The notes under the pieces were generated by a model. It searched no databases. It was not told the DNA's origin and saw only the letters and a program-made list of their open reading frames with translations. A stretch of DNA of 64,000 bases, taken from contig NC_082732.1 in NCBI RefSeq assembly GCF_030144855.1, positions 23,870,001-23,934,000 on the forward strand. The letters are read 5' to 3'. The translations under genes were made by a program, and so were the position numbers. Shown one piece after another: positions 37,227-51,050 of the stretch. Position 1 is the stretch's first letter. Each line of letters starts with the position of its first letter. Source of the stretch: Hypanus sabinus (Eukaryota).

Positions 37227-38069
37227 AACAAGCATTCAGAATTCTTGTTTGTTTGCAATTGTTAATAAATATTTATTATGAAATGCCTTTTGGTCTATGA
37301 AGAATCTAGAGAATAAATTTTCTGAAACTCACATGGCAAATAGCAGGTTATCACTGAGAGAACACATAAACAAAATATTGTGCGACATGAGTAACAAATC
37401 CTAATTTCAAAGGGAGGTGTTAAAATAGTATTCATGCTGTTTCAGCTCATTGTTTTAGTTTGAACTCCTATTTAGCTAATTATGTTAGTCACGGAGTTTA
37501 AAACCAGACATTGAGATATTGTTGGGAGGTGAAGTAAATATTTGCATAATGCTTTACATGTATTACTTTTCTGCTGTCCTACTTGTGGTAGGACATTCTT
37601 ACTAAATTGTAGCAGTTGTCCAGTATTATCCAAAGCACTCCAAAAGATTTGTGAGCCAAACCAGGCTTTGGGTGCGATACCTGTCATGACTGAACTCTCA
37701 ACACCCTTTTAAGAATCATTCAAAGCAAGAGTTCTTAAATTTTATTTTAACCTTTATGAGCAGAATTGAAGGCCTTGTCAATCTTTCCCTGGGTCTTGAT
37801 TTATGGAGCAGAAATTTTGCTTGGAACTTTTATTTGGCTGAAAATGTCAACCCATTTGTCACTAAGCTTAATGTATTAGAAGTTTCGTGCTTTGGGGCTG
37901 GGGGGGGGGGGGGGCGAAGAAAAACAATTTTTATTTTTCAATGTGCCTGATAATTTATCATCTCAAATTGCTCACACATGCTTTACCCTAACTCGGTAAT
38001 ACCTTCTTCATGCAAGCCAATTATGGATAAATAATTATTTCTTGAAGTGTTAGTTCCATTTTCCCATGC

Positions 38070-38625
38070 TTCTATTAGAGCCCCCTCTTCTCAACAAAAG
38101 CAAGGAAACAGTTCCCTTTGTCCTCTGCTTTCATCCCACTGCCCTCCTCCTGAAATTTACACCACCTTCAACTAGACGTTATCACCTTGCCACCCCTTTC
38201 AGCACTGCAAAAGGGTTGTTTCCTCCATCACTTTCTTGTTCAGTCTTGAATCTGCACCAATGTCTATTGCTCTTGTAGCACCTTCCTGTACAAAGGGAGG
38301 GGGTTTGTAACAACTATGCTTTCAGTTCTTCCCTTACCATTCCAGGAGCCCAAGCGCTCTCTAGATAAAGCAGCTATCCACTTGTACAATCTTATGTGCC
38401 TTATATTGATTAAGGTATACCTTCCACTACTATAGGAAAAATGCGTGCAAATTAGGTGATTGCTTTGCAGTGTACCTCAGTTTAGTCCACTGCACTTCCA
38501 TTTGAACTTCCACTTTAATTCTGCATCCTACTCCTGTTGTCTTTGGTGTTCAATATTGGACTTCCACTCTTCAAACAATCTCACCTTCCATTTAGGCAAG
38601 CCGCAAATGCCTGATTGAATGTCAA
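38070..38625 (+). mobile_element. Old Penelope-like element fragment
   Basis: VPFVLCFHPT motif (ORF 38066-38278) and decayed similarity to 2066-2632. Confidence 0.6.
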
Positions 38626-39593
38626 AAACTACCCTTTCCAATTTGCATCAGAATTGTCCAGTTCTGGTGCAAAAGCAAAGAATCTGCGCGAAAGGTCAGC
38701 ATTTCAGATTGATGAACTTTCATGCTTGTGAGAGACAGTTGTCAATTTTGTGTATTGGTTATGTTTTTCTCTTCACAGATGCAAATTCTGGTCTGCTAGA
38801 TGTTCCTAGAATTATCTGTTATTTCTGATTTCCAGTTTCTCTGACTTTTAATTTTTTTTCTCAGTCTGGGCTGTTTCTGAAGTTGCTCTGTTGTGCTTTT
38901 CTCCACAGACGCTGCCTGACCTGTTAGAAATAATGGTTACTAGAAATTTGATTGTCTGTTATTCTTCATTCCCAGCACAACTAACTCAATGTTTAAATTA
39001 ATTATCAAAGTACATATATGTCAGTATACACTATTTGAGGTTCTCTTTTCTTGCAGGCATTTGCCGTAGACACAAAGAATCTGAATAGAATCAATGGAGA
39101 AACAGCACACAACAAAGACAAACAAATATTCAAAGTACAAAAGACAAACTAAGCAACACAAAATAAATAATAATATGTAAGCTATAAATATTGAGAATAT
39201 GAGTTGTCCTTAAGAATGAGTCTATAGATTGTGGATTCAGTTCAGTGATTTTGATCTATCAGTGTCTATTGTGAATCTATCATTGGCACTCCTTTGTTCT
39301 CCCTACCTCTTCCCTTTCCTCTGCAACTTAAATTGAGCCTGTTTTCTAAATTTTACCAGTCCTAACAAAACATTATCAACTTGAAACATTAACTTTTTTC
39401 TCCCTCTGTTCAAATGCAGCCTCATCTGCTGAAAGGTTCCAGCACTTTTAGTTTTTTTTTAAATTTCAGATATCCAGCTCCAATAAATGTACACTGCACT
39501 TGGAGGATCTATCCTGGTCCCAGTGCATTGATAGTCACAAAGAATGGATGCTTCCCTAACTTTGAAGGGAAAACTTCCGTCCCATGTATTAAA

Positions 39594-39680
39594 AGAACTC
39601 AAGTCTGCAGATACTGGAAAGCCAAAGTAACACACAAACACAATGCTGCAGGAACTCAGGGGGTCAGGCAGCATCTATGC
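39594..39680 (-). mobile_element. Penelope-like terminal-repeat tail fragment
   Basis: CTGCAGATACTGG...GGAACTCAG...GGCAGCATCTATG. Confidence 0.7.
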
Positions 39681-40385
39681 TCATTTATGTGACCAGCTGA
39701 TTTGCTCCAAGATTACTTGGCCATCTGTTCTGTTTGATAGTTGTAATTCAGCCATTTGTCTTGGATATTTACTTAAAATGGTTTGAAATCATGAGCTGAG
39801 TGAATCTTACTACTTTCCTGTCACCCATTAGAAAATTACCTTTGCTGTGGAGGCTGTACAGATTGGGAAAGATTATATTGTAGCTGTATGTATATTATTT
39901 TGGGTGAAAGTAATGTTGACATTCTAATCTGAGTAATGTTAAGTATATAGATTATGGCACATCTTGGATAGGAAGAGGAATTTGGAAGATAGCCCTGCCG
40001 TGATGATTCTTGGCTGCTGCCCAGTCACAGATGGTATTGCCAGTTTAACACAAGGAGAATGACAGACTATGTTGCCAGGGTAAGGGGAACTTGTGCAGTG
40101 AAAAAGAACATACTGAGTACAGCTGGATGGTAGTATTTGTATTCCTTGTGTTGATCACTGATTTATTATTTATTTGAGCTAATTTTGATTGTATGTTATC
40201 AGGTCAAAATTGGTGCAAGTAAATATAGAAATAAGACAATTTGTTTGTGTTTACTAAAACCCTCTTAACAGAATTCCTGTAGCAAATGGTGACATATAAC
40301 CAGGAATACTGTAACTATACTGCATACAGTCAGCCTGGGCTGTGGTTCTTTCAATATAAAAATGATTTTGTGTTAAACATAGCTG

Positions 40386-41440
40386 CAGGTTGAGTACCCC
40401 TTATCCAAAATGCTTGGGGCCAGAAGTAGTTTGGATTTTTTTCAGATTTTGGAATGTAAGGAGTTTGTACATTTTTCCCATGCCTGTGTGGGTTACCTCT
40501 GGGTGCTCCAGTTTCCTCTCACTGTCCAAAAACTTGGTAGGTTGATTGGTGATTGTAAAAACTTGTTTTGTGATTAGGCTAGGAATAAATCGGGAGATTT
40601 GCTGGGCAACGCAGCTCAAAGGCTGGAAGAACCTTCTCCGCAATGCATCTTGTTAGCTAAAGAAATAGCTTGGGAATCGCTATCATTTCTGACTGAATTT
40701 ATGTGCTACTGGTAAGCAGTCTTTGTCTTATACCTGTTCTTCACATGTGTACTTAAAAATTATTGCATACATTAATGTAATGTGTGAAGGGTAACACAAG
40801 CAGCCCAGCATCAGGAGAATACTTGAATCAGCTGTTGAACAGCAACAAACATCCATCCGCAGGCTTGCAGTCTCCACCTATCGTGCAGTGTTTTGATGAA
40901 AAGGTTACATACAGTACACTGTATTTGTATTTTACTTTTTATTAGGTTTTATGTAAGGTATAAAAAACAGCATTGTAGACTTGTTTGGGTGTTAGATTTT
41001 CATCGGCAATGATCTTAGCAAACTTGTCAGTGAAGTTCTCTGCTGCTTCGTGATCAGCAATCACTTTATCTTTAAAATGTTTTTAAATCTTTAAAAATGT
41101 AATGCCATGCCATTTCTTAAATTTCTGCAACCAGCCTGCTGAATTACTTTAATTTTCAGTTTGCCATGATAGATCTCTGCTTGTTTCATCATCAGCGTAT
41201 ATTAAGTGACATGTGCTCACTCCACTGCCGAATCCATTCTTTCAATACACGATCAAGATCTTAACTTTTATGCAGTATAGGTTAGGTCTCTTCTCAGAAC
41301 CATATGTGATGTGCAGAGACCTGTGCATTGCCTGTGAGCCTTCCCAGCAGCTTGTGGAATTTTCCATTTGTGACGCCATGTCAGCGCTCAAAAAGGATTT
41401 CTAATTTCAGCGGTATTTTGGATAAGGGGTACTGAACTTG
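40386..41440 (-). mobile_element. Tigger (pogo-family) DNA transposon derivative with 26-bp TIRs
   Basis: CAGGTTGAGTACCCCTTATCCAAAAT pairs with ATTTTGGATAAGGGGTACTGAACTTG (24/26). A CENP-B-type HTH remnant AGWLQKFKKWHGI lies on the - strand at about 41100-41140. Confidence 0.88.
40458..40650 (+). mobile_element. V-SINE/HE1-type SINE nested in the Tigger element
   Basis: GTGTGGGTTACCTCTGGGTGCTCCAGTTTCCTCTCACTGTCCAAA core. Confidence 0.75.
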
Positions 41441-41465
41441 TGCTACCATCGTAAGCCATTGGTAA

Positions 41466-41650
41466 CTGTAGGTCTCTGGGCTGAGTTTGCCTCAGATGGT
41501 TGCTCTATTTTGCTCTATTGAGACTTGATGAAATGGAGACAATCCATCTGCAGCAAATATTTATTTTAAAACCAATTTCTAATGAAATGGGAGATTTAAT
41601 AGGGTTAGCATTGTCACCAACCTTAGAACATGTTTGAAGAAGCTTTCTTG
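41466..41650 (+). repeat. Local duplication unit B (partner at 42655-42813)
   Basis: AATCCATCTG.AGCAAATAT.TATTTTAAAACCA is shared, along with both flanks. Confidence 0.8.
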
Positions 41651-42654
41651 TATTTAAAAAGATGAGTAGGATCCTGTTTGCTGAACATTAATAGAGATTT
41701 TGCTGTACAATGTGTAATAGGTTAAAGGCTTCAAGTAATGTTCTCTGCTGTTAATATTCTAAATTGGAGCATTCAGTTTGATATTTATCAAATTACTTTA
41801 ATGAGCATTTCAAAAGTCTAATCCAGCAAGCTCATATTCAGCTTGAGAATGGATAATGAGTGTTAGCCCTTACTGCAGAGCAGTGAAGGCCAGATTTTAA
41901 ATGAGTTTTGGCATCCTCCATCTAGTCCCAATAGAATCTGATCCACGGCATAGAACTACTGCTAGTGCATTTCATAAATAATACAGATTGTTGTGTAAGC
42001 ACTCAACAATATATTAATGTTTTGGAGTACAATAAGAGTTCTGTTCCATTTTGAAGCTGCTTTTGCATCGAAGTCTATTGGCCAAGCTAATTGATTGTGC
42101 ACTACTTAATTTAATGTGATACTTGTTTCCATCAGTCAGTATCAAATTATAAAAACAATCTAAGTCCCAAGCAACCATCTGGCAAGTTCCTGCAGTGAAA
42201 TGGGTCAAAAGTTTTTGGGAAAAGTTAGGTGATTTAGATTAGTGTTTCATGTTTATTCTATATTATGCCTTGAATGGTTAAGCTGTATACTGAATATGTA
42301 ATTAGGAGGCCTGTTGGTTACTTTACTCAGTCTACAGCTTTATGAAAATAGATTGATGTCAGTCTTGCTATTTGTTGGTTTTTTTAACTAAATGGCACTG
42401 ATTGTGTGGTAAGTTGATCAAAGTCAATATGTCAACAATTCTCTTTTGAAGAAAACAGCTACCATAGATTGGAGAGTCTATATGAAGACTGATCCTGAGA
42501 ATGACAATATCTGTAACTAAAACTGCAACAAAGTAAGTGCAAATGAATTTGAGGAAGAAAAGGATGCATATCTTAAATATATTGCTATAATGTTATTACT
42601 GAGATTCCTAGTTGTTTTGATAGCTGTAGCTATGCCTGATGCATTGACTTGAAT

Positions 42655-42813
42655 CTATAGGTCTCTAGGCAGAGTTTGCCTTGGATAGTTGCTCAATGCA
42701 GCCCAAAATCCATCTGTAGCAAATATCTATTTTAAAACCACTCCTATTGAAATAGATTTAATGGGGCTAACGTTGTCATCAACCCTGGATCTCCTGCTAG
42801 GAAGCTCTTCTGG
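42655..42813 (+). repeat. Local duplication unit B, second copy
   Basis: See 41466-41650. Confidence 0.8.
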
Positions 42814-43124
42814 CAGTTTTATCATGTCAGTTAATGCAGTCAAGTTCCTGTATAATAACTGCTGAATTAGTAAATAAAGGTAACTATTGTAATCACTAAG
42901 TTTGGCTTGCTTGTACACACTCTGCCTTCCAAGTTGCTTTCATGCTTTTAGTTTTAGTATTGACTGTCATTCTGTGTTTTTTTTGTATCTGTTTGTTCTT
43001 TCCAAGCTATTCTGCACTCCACTTGTGGTCGTTGTCCTTACAAGTTTTTGTTTTCAGCCCTGCATTATTTTTTTTTTTGTCTTTTTATCTCTCCTATCAT
43101 TTTCACAGTTGATTTTTAATGTGT

Positions 43125-43376
43125 TGGGTGATGCGGTACTAGTGGTTAGTGCAACACCAGTATTCAATACGGTTGTCATCTGTCAAGAATCTATATATAC
43201 ATCCTCCCTGTGGACCACGTGGGATTTCTCCAGGTCCTCTGGTTTGCTTCCACAGTCCAAAGATCTACCCGTTAGTCGGTTAATTGGTCATTGTAAATTA
43301 TCCGGTGATTAGGCTAGGATTAAATTGTGGTTTGCTGGGCCTAAGGGCCCACTCTGTACTGTAGTCTAAATAAATC
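43125..43376 (+). mobile_element. V-SINE/HE1-type SINE
   Basis: tRNA-like head (TAGTGGTTAG), core CTTCCACAGTCCAAAGA...TAATTGGTCATTGTAAATT and TAAATAAA tail. Confidence 0.75.
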
Positions 43377-43397
43377 TGCACCTTTTTTTTCCTAGAG

Positions 43398-43650
43398 AAG
43401 ACCCACAACTGAGATTGGTTAGTACTATCATTTGTGGTGATCAAATTTATCACAATTGTATTAAAGCCTGTGATGTACTTTGTGGGTTACCTTCTGTGTA
43501 CGGAGTGCTGCAGTTCAAGGAAGCTACTCGAGCATTTCCTTATAGGTAAAAGTGCTAGCATTTGCCAGTGATTCCTAAGTTCTGTAAATGGATTTTAAAA
43601 TCTTGCCCCTCTAATGCTGAAAGCCTCTTTGTTGTTATAGTTGTCCCATA
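43398..43650 (+). repeat. Local duplication unit A, second copy
   Basis: See 34340-34585. Confidence 0.8.
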
Positions 43651-46600
43651 AAAATAAATTCACACTTTTTTTGTTATTTACATGCCCTGCTCCCTCCCAT
43701 CCCTTCCAATATCTATTGGGTGTCCCATTTTTCTCTTCCTCCACCACCACGTCATGCCACCTGAACTCTCTAGGTTGCTCACAGTTACTTCTTCCTCCAC
43801 CTTCTAAACTGGATTATTTAATTCTTACCTTTACCTTCTGTATTGTTGCTGCTTCTCACTCTGGCCCATCTTAATGACCTGTGGCTTCATCCCAACTTTC
43901 TACAATTCTTTCACTCACTCACTCATGCTACTCAGCTTTGTTTTGGCCAATTGTTTCATCCTTTCACTGACAATGAACCAGCATCTATCTCCTAGTTTAT
44001 TATTAGCTCATCAACACTTCTTGTGAAGTGCTTGTGTTTCTGAATGTTTGCATTCTCTATAAGCTTTACTGTTCTAATTTTTGAGAAGTGGAACTTGGAG
44101 GCAAAATAAATTAAAATGTGCATCTGTGGAAATATTTTGTACACTCATTTGAGATATGTTTGATGTGTAATTGAAGTGTAGAAAGTGAACCATAGAGCAC
44201 GTGTGTTTTTTTTTTGCTCAAGTTCATTTTAGTGCCCCTTCTAATTTAGTTCTGTTTTATTCATTAGAGTTGAACTTGTCTTCTAATTGTTTTTGTAAGG
44301 CTAGTTTGATAGTTTTTGCCTGACCTTCCTCTGCTTTCAGATATATAGACAGTGTGTTGTCATTATCTGTTTAAATAATTTGCAGTGAGAATCTGAATTG
44401 TTTTTCATTCATTTAGCTTGTAGTCTTCCATTCTGCCACCACCATCCTGGATTAATAGGTCAAAATTAGTTTGGCAAGATGTGTGACCATACAATTATGA
44501 TCAAAGTCTTTTCTACACTACTAGGAAGTAAACTTCAAAATTAATTTCACTTGTTTCCTTTTGAATTCTTGAGTTTATTCAGAACCTTCCACTACTCTGC
44601 ATTTTATAGAAAAACTAATTTGGTCATTATTGAAAATTTAGTTACTTAAAAAAGAACATTCTACACCAAGGGAGATTGTTCAAGAGCTCAGCTTTCTGTA
44701 GCTGAAGTCTTTTGTGTGGATTTTTATGTCAATATTTTCATTTGGGCACATCGAACATGCTGTAAGAACTCTATAAACAGAACCAAAATGCAAACACTTC
44801 TATTTTATTGCCAATTTAACCATTATTGAGAAACTGCCACAGTGTTAAATCTCAATTTAGAGCAAGATCATAGTAAATATTTTTGTAGGCCAGTGATATA
44901 ATTAATTAATTATCTTGGTCGTGTGGATGGTATTTTAGGCAATGTGTGGCTCTAATCTAAAACTTGAGTATGTAAAGGCTGGACCTGTAATTATTAAAGC
45001 TGTTACTAAGAATGCTCCCTGTGTGTTCTTTCTCATGTATTTAAGTTTTAATACTAAGGCAAAAATTTAACCAGACTTGGCTGCAGAACTTTTGTACTTC
45101 CCTGAGGTTGATTTCAATATTGGTAATGAGCATCAGGAATTGTAATTTTTCAGATAGATCATATCAATGTACTAGTGTAATGGCTCCCGTCAAAAGTACC
45201 TCACTCACTGAAATGCTTCAGGACCTCCTCGGGTCATGAAAAATATTAGTTCTTTGTTCAACTGGTTGAAGTTATACTGTGCTATTTTACACCAGATTTC
45301 CTGTCTTTTTGCAGGTGTAGCCTTTAAAGATTCCACATTAGTAGTCAAATGCCCCATTCATTGGTTTAACCCTCTATCTTTATTTGATTTACACATCATG
45401 TACTGCTGCTAGAGAAGAATTAAAGAATGGGAAGTTCAGGGGCTAGAGGCTCAGGGTCACAGAGATGGATCAAAATGTGTTACTCATTAGGGTACATAAT
45501 TTTAACGTGTTTTAACGCTTGCCTCAGTGGTCACCTTCAAATTAAAGTTCAAGCACAGCTTTACAACTGTATAAATACTTTTGTATTAAAAACATTAATT
45601 TTTTAATCAGTAAATTTTGAAAAGAATGTCGTCTTAAATCTCAGATTTGTGCTGTTGATTTCTCCAAATCCATCATCTTTGTGGGTATTATATAATAGTA
45701 TGTCAGCCTATTATAGTATGGCAGTTCCTTCACATCTGACTGGATAGTCTCCGTCACTCTGCTAAGGAAATAAAATATTTATGCAAAATGGCAAAGTAAT
45801 TTAGAAGCAATTGGTAAATTTAGTTATAGTCTCTCAACATTGCACTGAAACAAAGCAGTGTAATTTTAATTCTAATTGTTAAAGTTCCTTTCTAGGTGGC
45901 CTTTTAAGTTTTGTAATATTAGGAAATCTTTTGAATTTGCCACTTTTTCAGAGTGCGTTTTAATGATTCTACACATTAAAGGTTAAACAATCAAAGCCCA
46001 GGTTAATTTCTATTAGAATATATGAAATTTAGTTTGATCTGAACCCACTCCGAAACATCAATAGCTTTGCAATTCAAATATGAATACAACATAAGTTAGC
46101 TGACGGCATTCCAAGGCTGCTTTTCTCTTGATTAAACAATTCTTTACCCAAGCCTTACGTTTGCAAATTTGTAAACTCTTCATGATTTTTACTTAAAATA
46201 TTTAACTGAGTGTGTGTATGTATAGTGCTTTCTTAAGCCAAAGATGTGCTCCAAAATACAGACTTGACCTCTTTATGAAGTCCCTTCTTGTGGGCCCCAG
46301 CCCTAAGGTTAAGGGCAGCAGAAAAAGACCTTAATGCATCTTTGTCTGGGAGACAGGTGGTGTGCAGCAGAGATGCAGGTTAAAGGTCAAAATGTTTCCC
46401 CATTTCGTACATTCTTGTTGATGGTTAGCTTGTCCTAGTTGAGTATAATTTCTCTGCACGGTATTTTAGGAAATTGTTAATTGTACTAGGCTTTGAAGTT
46501 CAAAAATACTTGAAAGGAAAAATTTTCACTAAAATTTTCACTATTCTTCTGACGAATTTCCAGCATAAAATGTAATTGACTTGTGGCTGGAAAGTTACTG

Positions 46601-48160
46601 CAAAAAAAAACTTGCCTAGTGTTTTAAAACTTCTGCCAAAAAGAATTATAAAATATTGTTCCTTAGAATAATGTATTGAAGATAAACAGTCATGATTAAT
46701 TCTATATTGTGTTTTGGCCATATTCTCGTAAATTTCACATCCTTGAATATCAATTTCCATTCAAAATTATTTATGGGATCATATTGGTGGTTGTGCCTTC
46801 TGTTACTTGAACACTTTCAGGCTGGGTCTGAAGTATTGAACATGGATCAAAAGTGTTTCTTAACTGGGGCTATAACATATATGTATTAGCTTGGTTCAGT
46901 AACTACCTTAAGATAAAGTTAAGGATCCAAGTGCTACTCATGTCTCAACAGGATCTCTGCCGATTACTTGTAGAATTTCAGATTTCAGTGCTCTGAGTTT
47001 GTGGAAGAGAAATCTGCTCAAGGCATATTCAAGTGACAGCCTTGATTTAAAAAAAATATTATGAGTACTGTATTGCCTTTTCCAAGCCCTTTTAGATCTT
47101 TTTAGTTTGAAAGCTAATTTCATCTCTGTCCTGTCCACTAACATTATGTATTTAATTTATGTATTTTCCTCTCCATGTCAATTATTTTTCTCTTCTGCAC
47201 TCTCTATGCTATATGTGGATCTTAATTGGATCTACAGTTTCTCTCCCAGTTAACTGATGTAAACATGGATTTAGAGTTTCAACTGGTTATTTGACTGCAG
47301 GGAGCATCACATTTCAGTATGGATCTATTCTCCAACAGGCTCCTCTGCTGTATTTTCAGTGGCTGTCACTCAGTAACTATAGTGACGAATTTCTCCCCTC
47401 CGTTCTGAAGTATTACCAAAGATAATTCAGTGTAGATTGAATCTGTGACCAAGTTTTTACTATTACCCTGATATATTCATGAAACCATTAGAGAGCCCTC
47501 AACATAAAAACGTGAGAACTGTAAACTTTTTCTGAAGGTGGGTCTGGTCTTAAGTCTTTTACATGGAGCTAATTAGCACCAAGCTGAAGTGTGTTCATTT
47601 ATTAGTAGGGGTTAGTAGGTACCTGCCTTTCTTTATGCAATCAATCTGTAAAGCCTAATAGTGCCAGACAAACTAAAATTCACAGTTGTGCTGGCGGAAG
47701 TTTTTTCCCCTGCAGTAGTTCCTGCAATTTGTTGAACACCATGACTTGACTCCAAATTGTAATTGTGTTAGTTGCCCCTAAGGAAGATTCTCTTTCAAGA
47801 TGAAAAACTGAACCTTACTTAACACCAACACCACCCCCACCCTTCACCACAATCACCGTTTATATCCCCTCCTCCACTCTTGCCACCCCAAAGCCCTGAT
47901 GACTTTTGCGGCTGGTGAGAGAAGGCTGTAGAACAATATTAATTAGATGGTTATCAAGTTATGTCGGAGAAGGGAGAGCTGACATAAATAACTCTTCGAA
48001 CTGTGACTCTACAGAAATATTAATTCCTACAATGTAATTACAGTTTTCATATGAATGGTCTCTCCCACACCCCCTGCCCAATCTTCACCTAAACAATTTT
48101 AAGGCTATTGATGGTTAAATTTAAAACTATGTTAATTGTTATTTTCTATTACATTTTCAG

Positions 48161-48208
48161 GTGTTGGCCTTGGGTTAGGAATTGTATTTTCTGTCGTTGC
48201 TTTCAAAC
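48161..48208 (+). CDS. MICOS10: MIC10 coding exon 2 (G-VGLGLGIVFSVVAFK-R), first TM segment with GxGxGxG motif
   Basis: TTTTCAG| acceptor and |GTAAGT donor, 48 nt, phase 1-1. Matches human GTGFGLGIVFSLTFFKR. Confidence 0.95.
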
Positions 48209-48805
48209 GTAAGTATTACTATTTACTATTCACATATTGAGCAGTGGTTGTGAATTTGTAGGAGAGAGAGTAACATCTTGGGATGAATGAATCATTTGTA
48301 ATGATATTGTAAAAAGTGCTATAATACAGGAAGATCTCTTGCTCACCTAATAATGTAGTAGCATAATGGGTTTGGGCATTTAATTGAACTGTGCATACTT
48401 GTAACTAAAATCTAATCTGGGTCAGAATTTAGAACTATAATAGTGAAAAGGGGGGAAAATTCTTGTGTTTCTCCTTCCTGTGTACATCAACACCTACCCC
48501 ACCCACTTTAAAAAAAACACCAGCCAATATCACTTGTAGGCAAGCGTCTGCTGGTTTATATTGACTGCATAGTTAAATAATGCATTGACATTCACCGGGG
48601 ACTCGATCATGGTAAATTTGGTCATTTGAATGAAGTGCACAGTGGTCTCTGCTATGCATCTACATTCTGTATATCCATGCTTTTGGAAGAGAGTGAAAGC
48701 AGTTTTGCCCTTTAAATCAACAGTTTATTATGGATCCTTGTTATAAAGAGCACTTAAACCATTTCCCATTACAGATATTTACCTTTTTTTTGTGTATCTG
48801 CTTAG

Positions 48806-48915
48806 GACGTCAGTGGCCTATTACTTTTGGTGCAGGGATGGGCTTGGGAATGGCATATGCTAACTGTCAACATGATTTCCAGTCCCCATACCTTCTTCAT
48901 GGAAAATTTGTCAAA
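48806..48915 (+). CDS. MICOS10: MIC10 coding exon 3 ([36 protein letters not shown])
   Basis: TTAG| acceptor and |GTGAGT donor, 110 nt. Matches human [36 protein letters not shown]. Confidence 0.97.
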
Positions 48916-50837
48916 GTGAGTACATTATTGAATTGATTTTTTCTCCAATGGTTTCTATTCAGTATTAAAGTACAGATGTAAATAATTGCTCAACTGGCAT
49001 TTAAGTGTGTGTTGGGCTCTTGCCTTTACACTCTCATATGTATGCTTACTTACCATTTGCCCGTAACACCACTGGCATTTAGGTCCTCTAAACAGTCGCA
49101 CACAGATAAAGAACAGTTCTTCATTGCTGTTTCTGTAACAAATTTTTTGACCAGTCAGGGTTGTCGGCCCTGAACTGAACCTGGAGGACTGGTGGACCAC
49201 ACTTGGTGTGGCCTTTACCCTTTGACCTGCTTGGCATGGGTGACTCTAACAAGAATCAAAGCCCTGGCTCTAACCAACATGGCTCTCTGGGTCTCTGGTG
49301 TGCCTCCAAGCTCTGACTAGATTGTGGTCCATTTGGAGATCTCATATTTATGGTACAGGAATTATTGTCAAAGAACTTGTGGTTTACTGCTCCAACAGAT
49401 CTTTGCCAAACCCTTGAATTCCTGATTCCCAGTGACACCTGTGATAACTTCTATTGAGTAGGTTTTGATAACATGAGCTGCTACTTTTGCAGATCTTGGG
49501 AATGGCAGTTTGCTATCTCATCTGTCCCAAATCAATCCCGCACTAGATGCCAAGAATACAGGGGATGAATATTCAAGTTTCTAGTGAAATCTTCTCCAAT
49601 GACCAACTTACTACGACTGTTTCAATAATCACCAGTGATACTTGCTTCAAGGATCATTGACATGTTAGCTCCTTGGCCATATGTGTTACCTATTTCCCTT
49701 GATTCTCAAGTTTATGTCTAGATAGGAGTCCTTTGCTAGGTTTGAAAATTGAAGCTTTAACACTTATTACCATGAAACGAAACTTTCTCAATTAGGTTAT
49801 CCCTCAGGAATGGTATTTATGACTATGGGGGTGTAATCAAAGTGTGATGCTCACCTCAGTGCACTTTACAGCAGGGCCTTGTCGAGTTGAATGATAATAG
49901 CATAGCTTGTCAAAACCCAAAGTTTCAGTAATGTTCAAGCTTTTAACAAGTGTCCAATTTTTAATTATTATTCATAAATCACTTCATACAATTGCATTTC
50001 ATGAAATGTGGTTTGTTAAAGTTCAGTTTTAAGGCAGTTATTATCTTGAATAAGCTGTCTTGTGATTGATGGTAAATATGAGAAGTTAGTCTCTGGTTGC
50101 TGCCTACTCTACCAAAGGTTTTCACACGTAATATTTTTTCTGCTAAATATCAGTTGTCAGTTTGGGATTTGCTTCAGTATGAACCTCTCTCCAGATGAAT
50201 TTTCAGTAAACTCGCAATGTCAAAGCTGAAATGTCAAGATTGACCTCTTATGAACTACCAATACGCAACAGGGGCCCATGTAGGTGAAACCAGTGAGGGG
50301 TTTCTACACACACCAGGTTAATAAATCTGTATTTTCAATCAGCACATGACAAGTCTCCATATTTTGTTAATTTGTGAATTAGAAACACAGAAATTAACCT
50401 GCAGCTTGTTCTTTCTGGAGCACATGTAATTCAATGTGAAAGGAAATTGCACAGTGTCTATACTACAGTTCAACTTAATTTGGGGTTTAGGTATCCAAAT
50501 AACCCTCGCACTTTAATTAAAATTAAGCATACTGAAAATGTTTCAAAATGGTAATAATTGCTTTAATGTAGCATTGAATGTCATATCCAGGAGATGCCTT
50601 TATTTCTCTCTCCAACTAGTTAGAACTGTTCTACCTAGGAATGTACAGAATTAATATGTTGTTTATATGTATGGATGTATTCCACTATGGCACTCTGTCC
50701 CCAAATACTTTTGCCTTACACCTCAATACAGACTTATTTTGATTACTTTGGGCTATCTTCCTCTCCTTCCACCTTTTCCTGTTGTTTGTTGAACATGCCA
50801 GAGTATTTTGCAGAACACTGTAGATGTGCCAATATGT

Positions 50838-51050
50838 AAACACGAGGAAATCTGCAGATGCTGGAAATTCAAATAACAACACACACAAAATGCTGATAGA
50901 ACACAGCAGGCTAGGCAGCATCTATAGGGAGAAGCCATGTCGACGTTTCGGGCCGAGACCCTTCGTCAGATCTCGGCCCGAAACGCCAACATCGCTTCTC
51001 CCTATAGATGCTGCCTAGCCTGTTGTGTTCTACCAGCATTTTGTGTGTGT
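50838..51050. mobile_element. Young fold-back Penelope-like insertion (213 bp) with 13-bp TSD and a - strand hammerhead core
   Basis: TGTGCCAATATGT lies at 50825-50837 and 51051-51063. Inverted arms of about 82 bp (50877-50958 and 50971-51052) have 5 mismatches. The - strand reads CTGACGA-A-GGGTCTCGGCCC-GAAAC-GTC at 50942-50969. Confidence 0.92.

Noticed and set aside
48730-48936. 68-aa single-exon ORF containing MIC10 sequence
   Set aside because: It is exon 3 read through into the flanking introns. The same applies to ORF 23954-24151 around exon 1.
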